Source: Planctomycetota bacterium
Lineage (GTDB): Bacteria > Planctomycetota > GCA-002687715 > DRQF01
NCBI GenBank assembly: GCA_027001995.1
Contig: JALTLO010000176.1
Span: 3,750-29,127, forward strand
DNA length: 25,378 nt
Direction of reading: 5' to 3'
How positions within the stretch are numbered: the stretch's first letter is position 1; each line of letters begins with the position of its first letter. Of this stretch, positions 24,723-25,378 are shown piece after piece. Below the pieces are notes generated by a model that saw only the letters and a program-made list of their open reading frames with translations, was not told the origin of the DNA and ran no database searches. Both the position numbers and the translations under genes were made by a program.

Positions 24723-25378
24723 GACTTGGCCTCTTCACTGTAGCGCCCCAAGAACGCCTCAGCGTAACGAGGCGGAGAGTCAGAAACGAAGGGCAAAAGC
24801 ATGGCCCGATAATGGCTCATCCCTTGGATAACACGAGCCAAGTCAACGTAGGCCATCTGAGTCTTGTACTGACGAATCGCTGTGAGTTCTTGATCCAGGA
24901 CGTCCGTGACTTCTACGATCGTCTCCGGGACCAATGTGGACCAGACTTCATATCCCATGACATCTGTTCCAGAAAACAAATCTGGATTGTTCGCCACTAA
25001 GCTCGCCATCGCTTCTCCGCAAGCCCAATGGTCCCCATGAACTTCCCCTCGCCAAGGGTAATAGATGACCCGGGGTTTCACCCGATTTATTTGAGCCTCC
25101 AAGTGACTGGCGAGACCATCTATCAAGACCCGGCGTTTGTCATCTGGATCTGGGGGCAAGTCTGGATAAATGTCATCCACGTTGCCCTCTGTCACGCCAT
25201 CAACAAAACCAAAAAACATCACATCTTGGCTTTGGAGAAATTGCTTGGCGACAAAACGGGTCTCCGTTTCCCGCTCAACCTTGTAGGTATCCTTGTTGAA
25301 CTTGGAATCTGGATCGCCCAAAGTCCCATCGAAGACCACCACCACTGAAATCGGATCACCTTGGGCTGCGTGCTTGAG
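24719..25378 (-). CDS. PIG-L / LmbE family deacetylase, 5'-truncated by the window edge
   Basis: The frame is open to 25378 (LKHAAQGDPISVVVVFDG..GDP). Motifs RETE, FFGFVDG, HGDH, YEVWS and AIRQYKTQ parallel the 21627-22406 paralog. The HPDD motif would lie just outside the window. Confidence 0.82.
   Translation of the reverse strand, partial: LKHAAQGDPISVVVVFDGTLGDPDSKFNKDTYKVERETETRFVAKQFLQSQDVMFFGFVDGVTEGNVDDIYPDLPPDPDDKRRVLIDGLASHLEAQINRVKPRVIYYPWRGEVHGDHWACGEAMASLVANNPDLFSGTDVMGYEVWSTLVPETIVEVTDVLDQELTAIRQYKTQMAYVDLARVIQGMSHYRAMLLPFVSDSPPRYAEAFLGRYSEEAKS

Noticed and set aside
1..25378. tRNA, rRNA or CRISPR array
   Set aside because: I saw no cloverleaf with T-loop/D-loop consensus, no rRNA-like segment and no regularly spaced repeats in the intergenic regions.

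Overview
Bacterial DNA, probably Planctomycetota (inferred from the Ser/Thr kinase-FGE fusion and the nidogen-like surface protein; not verified). Most of the window is a minus-strand glycosylation locus in two co-oriented, largely translationally coupled blocks. Block A (>25378-18147) encodes PIG-L deacetylase, GT4, GT2, PIG-L deacetylase, GT2, GT2 and GT4. Block B (11698-2034) encodes a 1296-aa GT4-long coiled coil-GT4 protein, a GT4-GT2 fusion, an exported alkaline-phosphatase-superfamily enzyme, a phytol/dolichol-kinase-like protein and a DUF92 (VTE6-like) protein. Between the blocks lie about 6.4 kb of unrelated genes: a membrane Ser/Thr kinase with a C-terminal FGE/C-type-lectin domain, a DUF1697 protein, and an Rpn/YhgA-like nuclease with a strong internal start site for a small antitoxin-like product, flanked by hairpin-rich non-coding DNA. 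The left end is the 3' part of a large putative surface protein. The most notable signals are the candidate coiled-coil 'ruler' double glycosyltransferase, the VTE5/VTE6-like prenol kinase pair inside a glycan operon, a 4-Cys motif shared by all five GT4 domains, and the Rpn gene-within-a-gene. All family calls come from motif recognition by eye, not from database searches.
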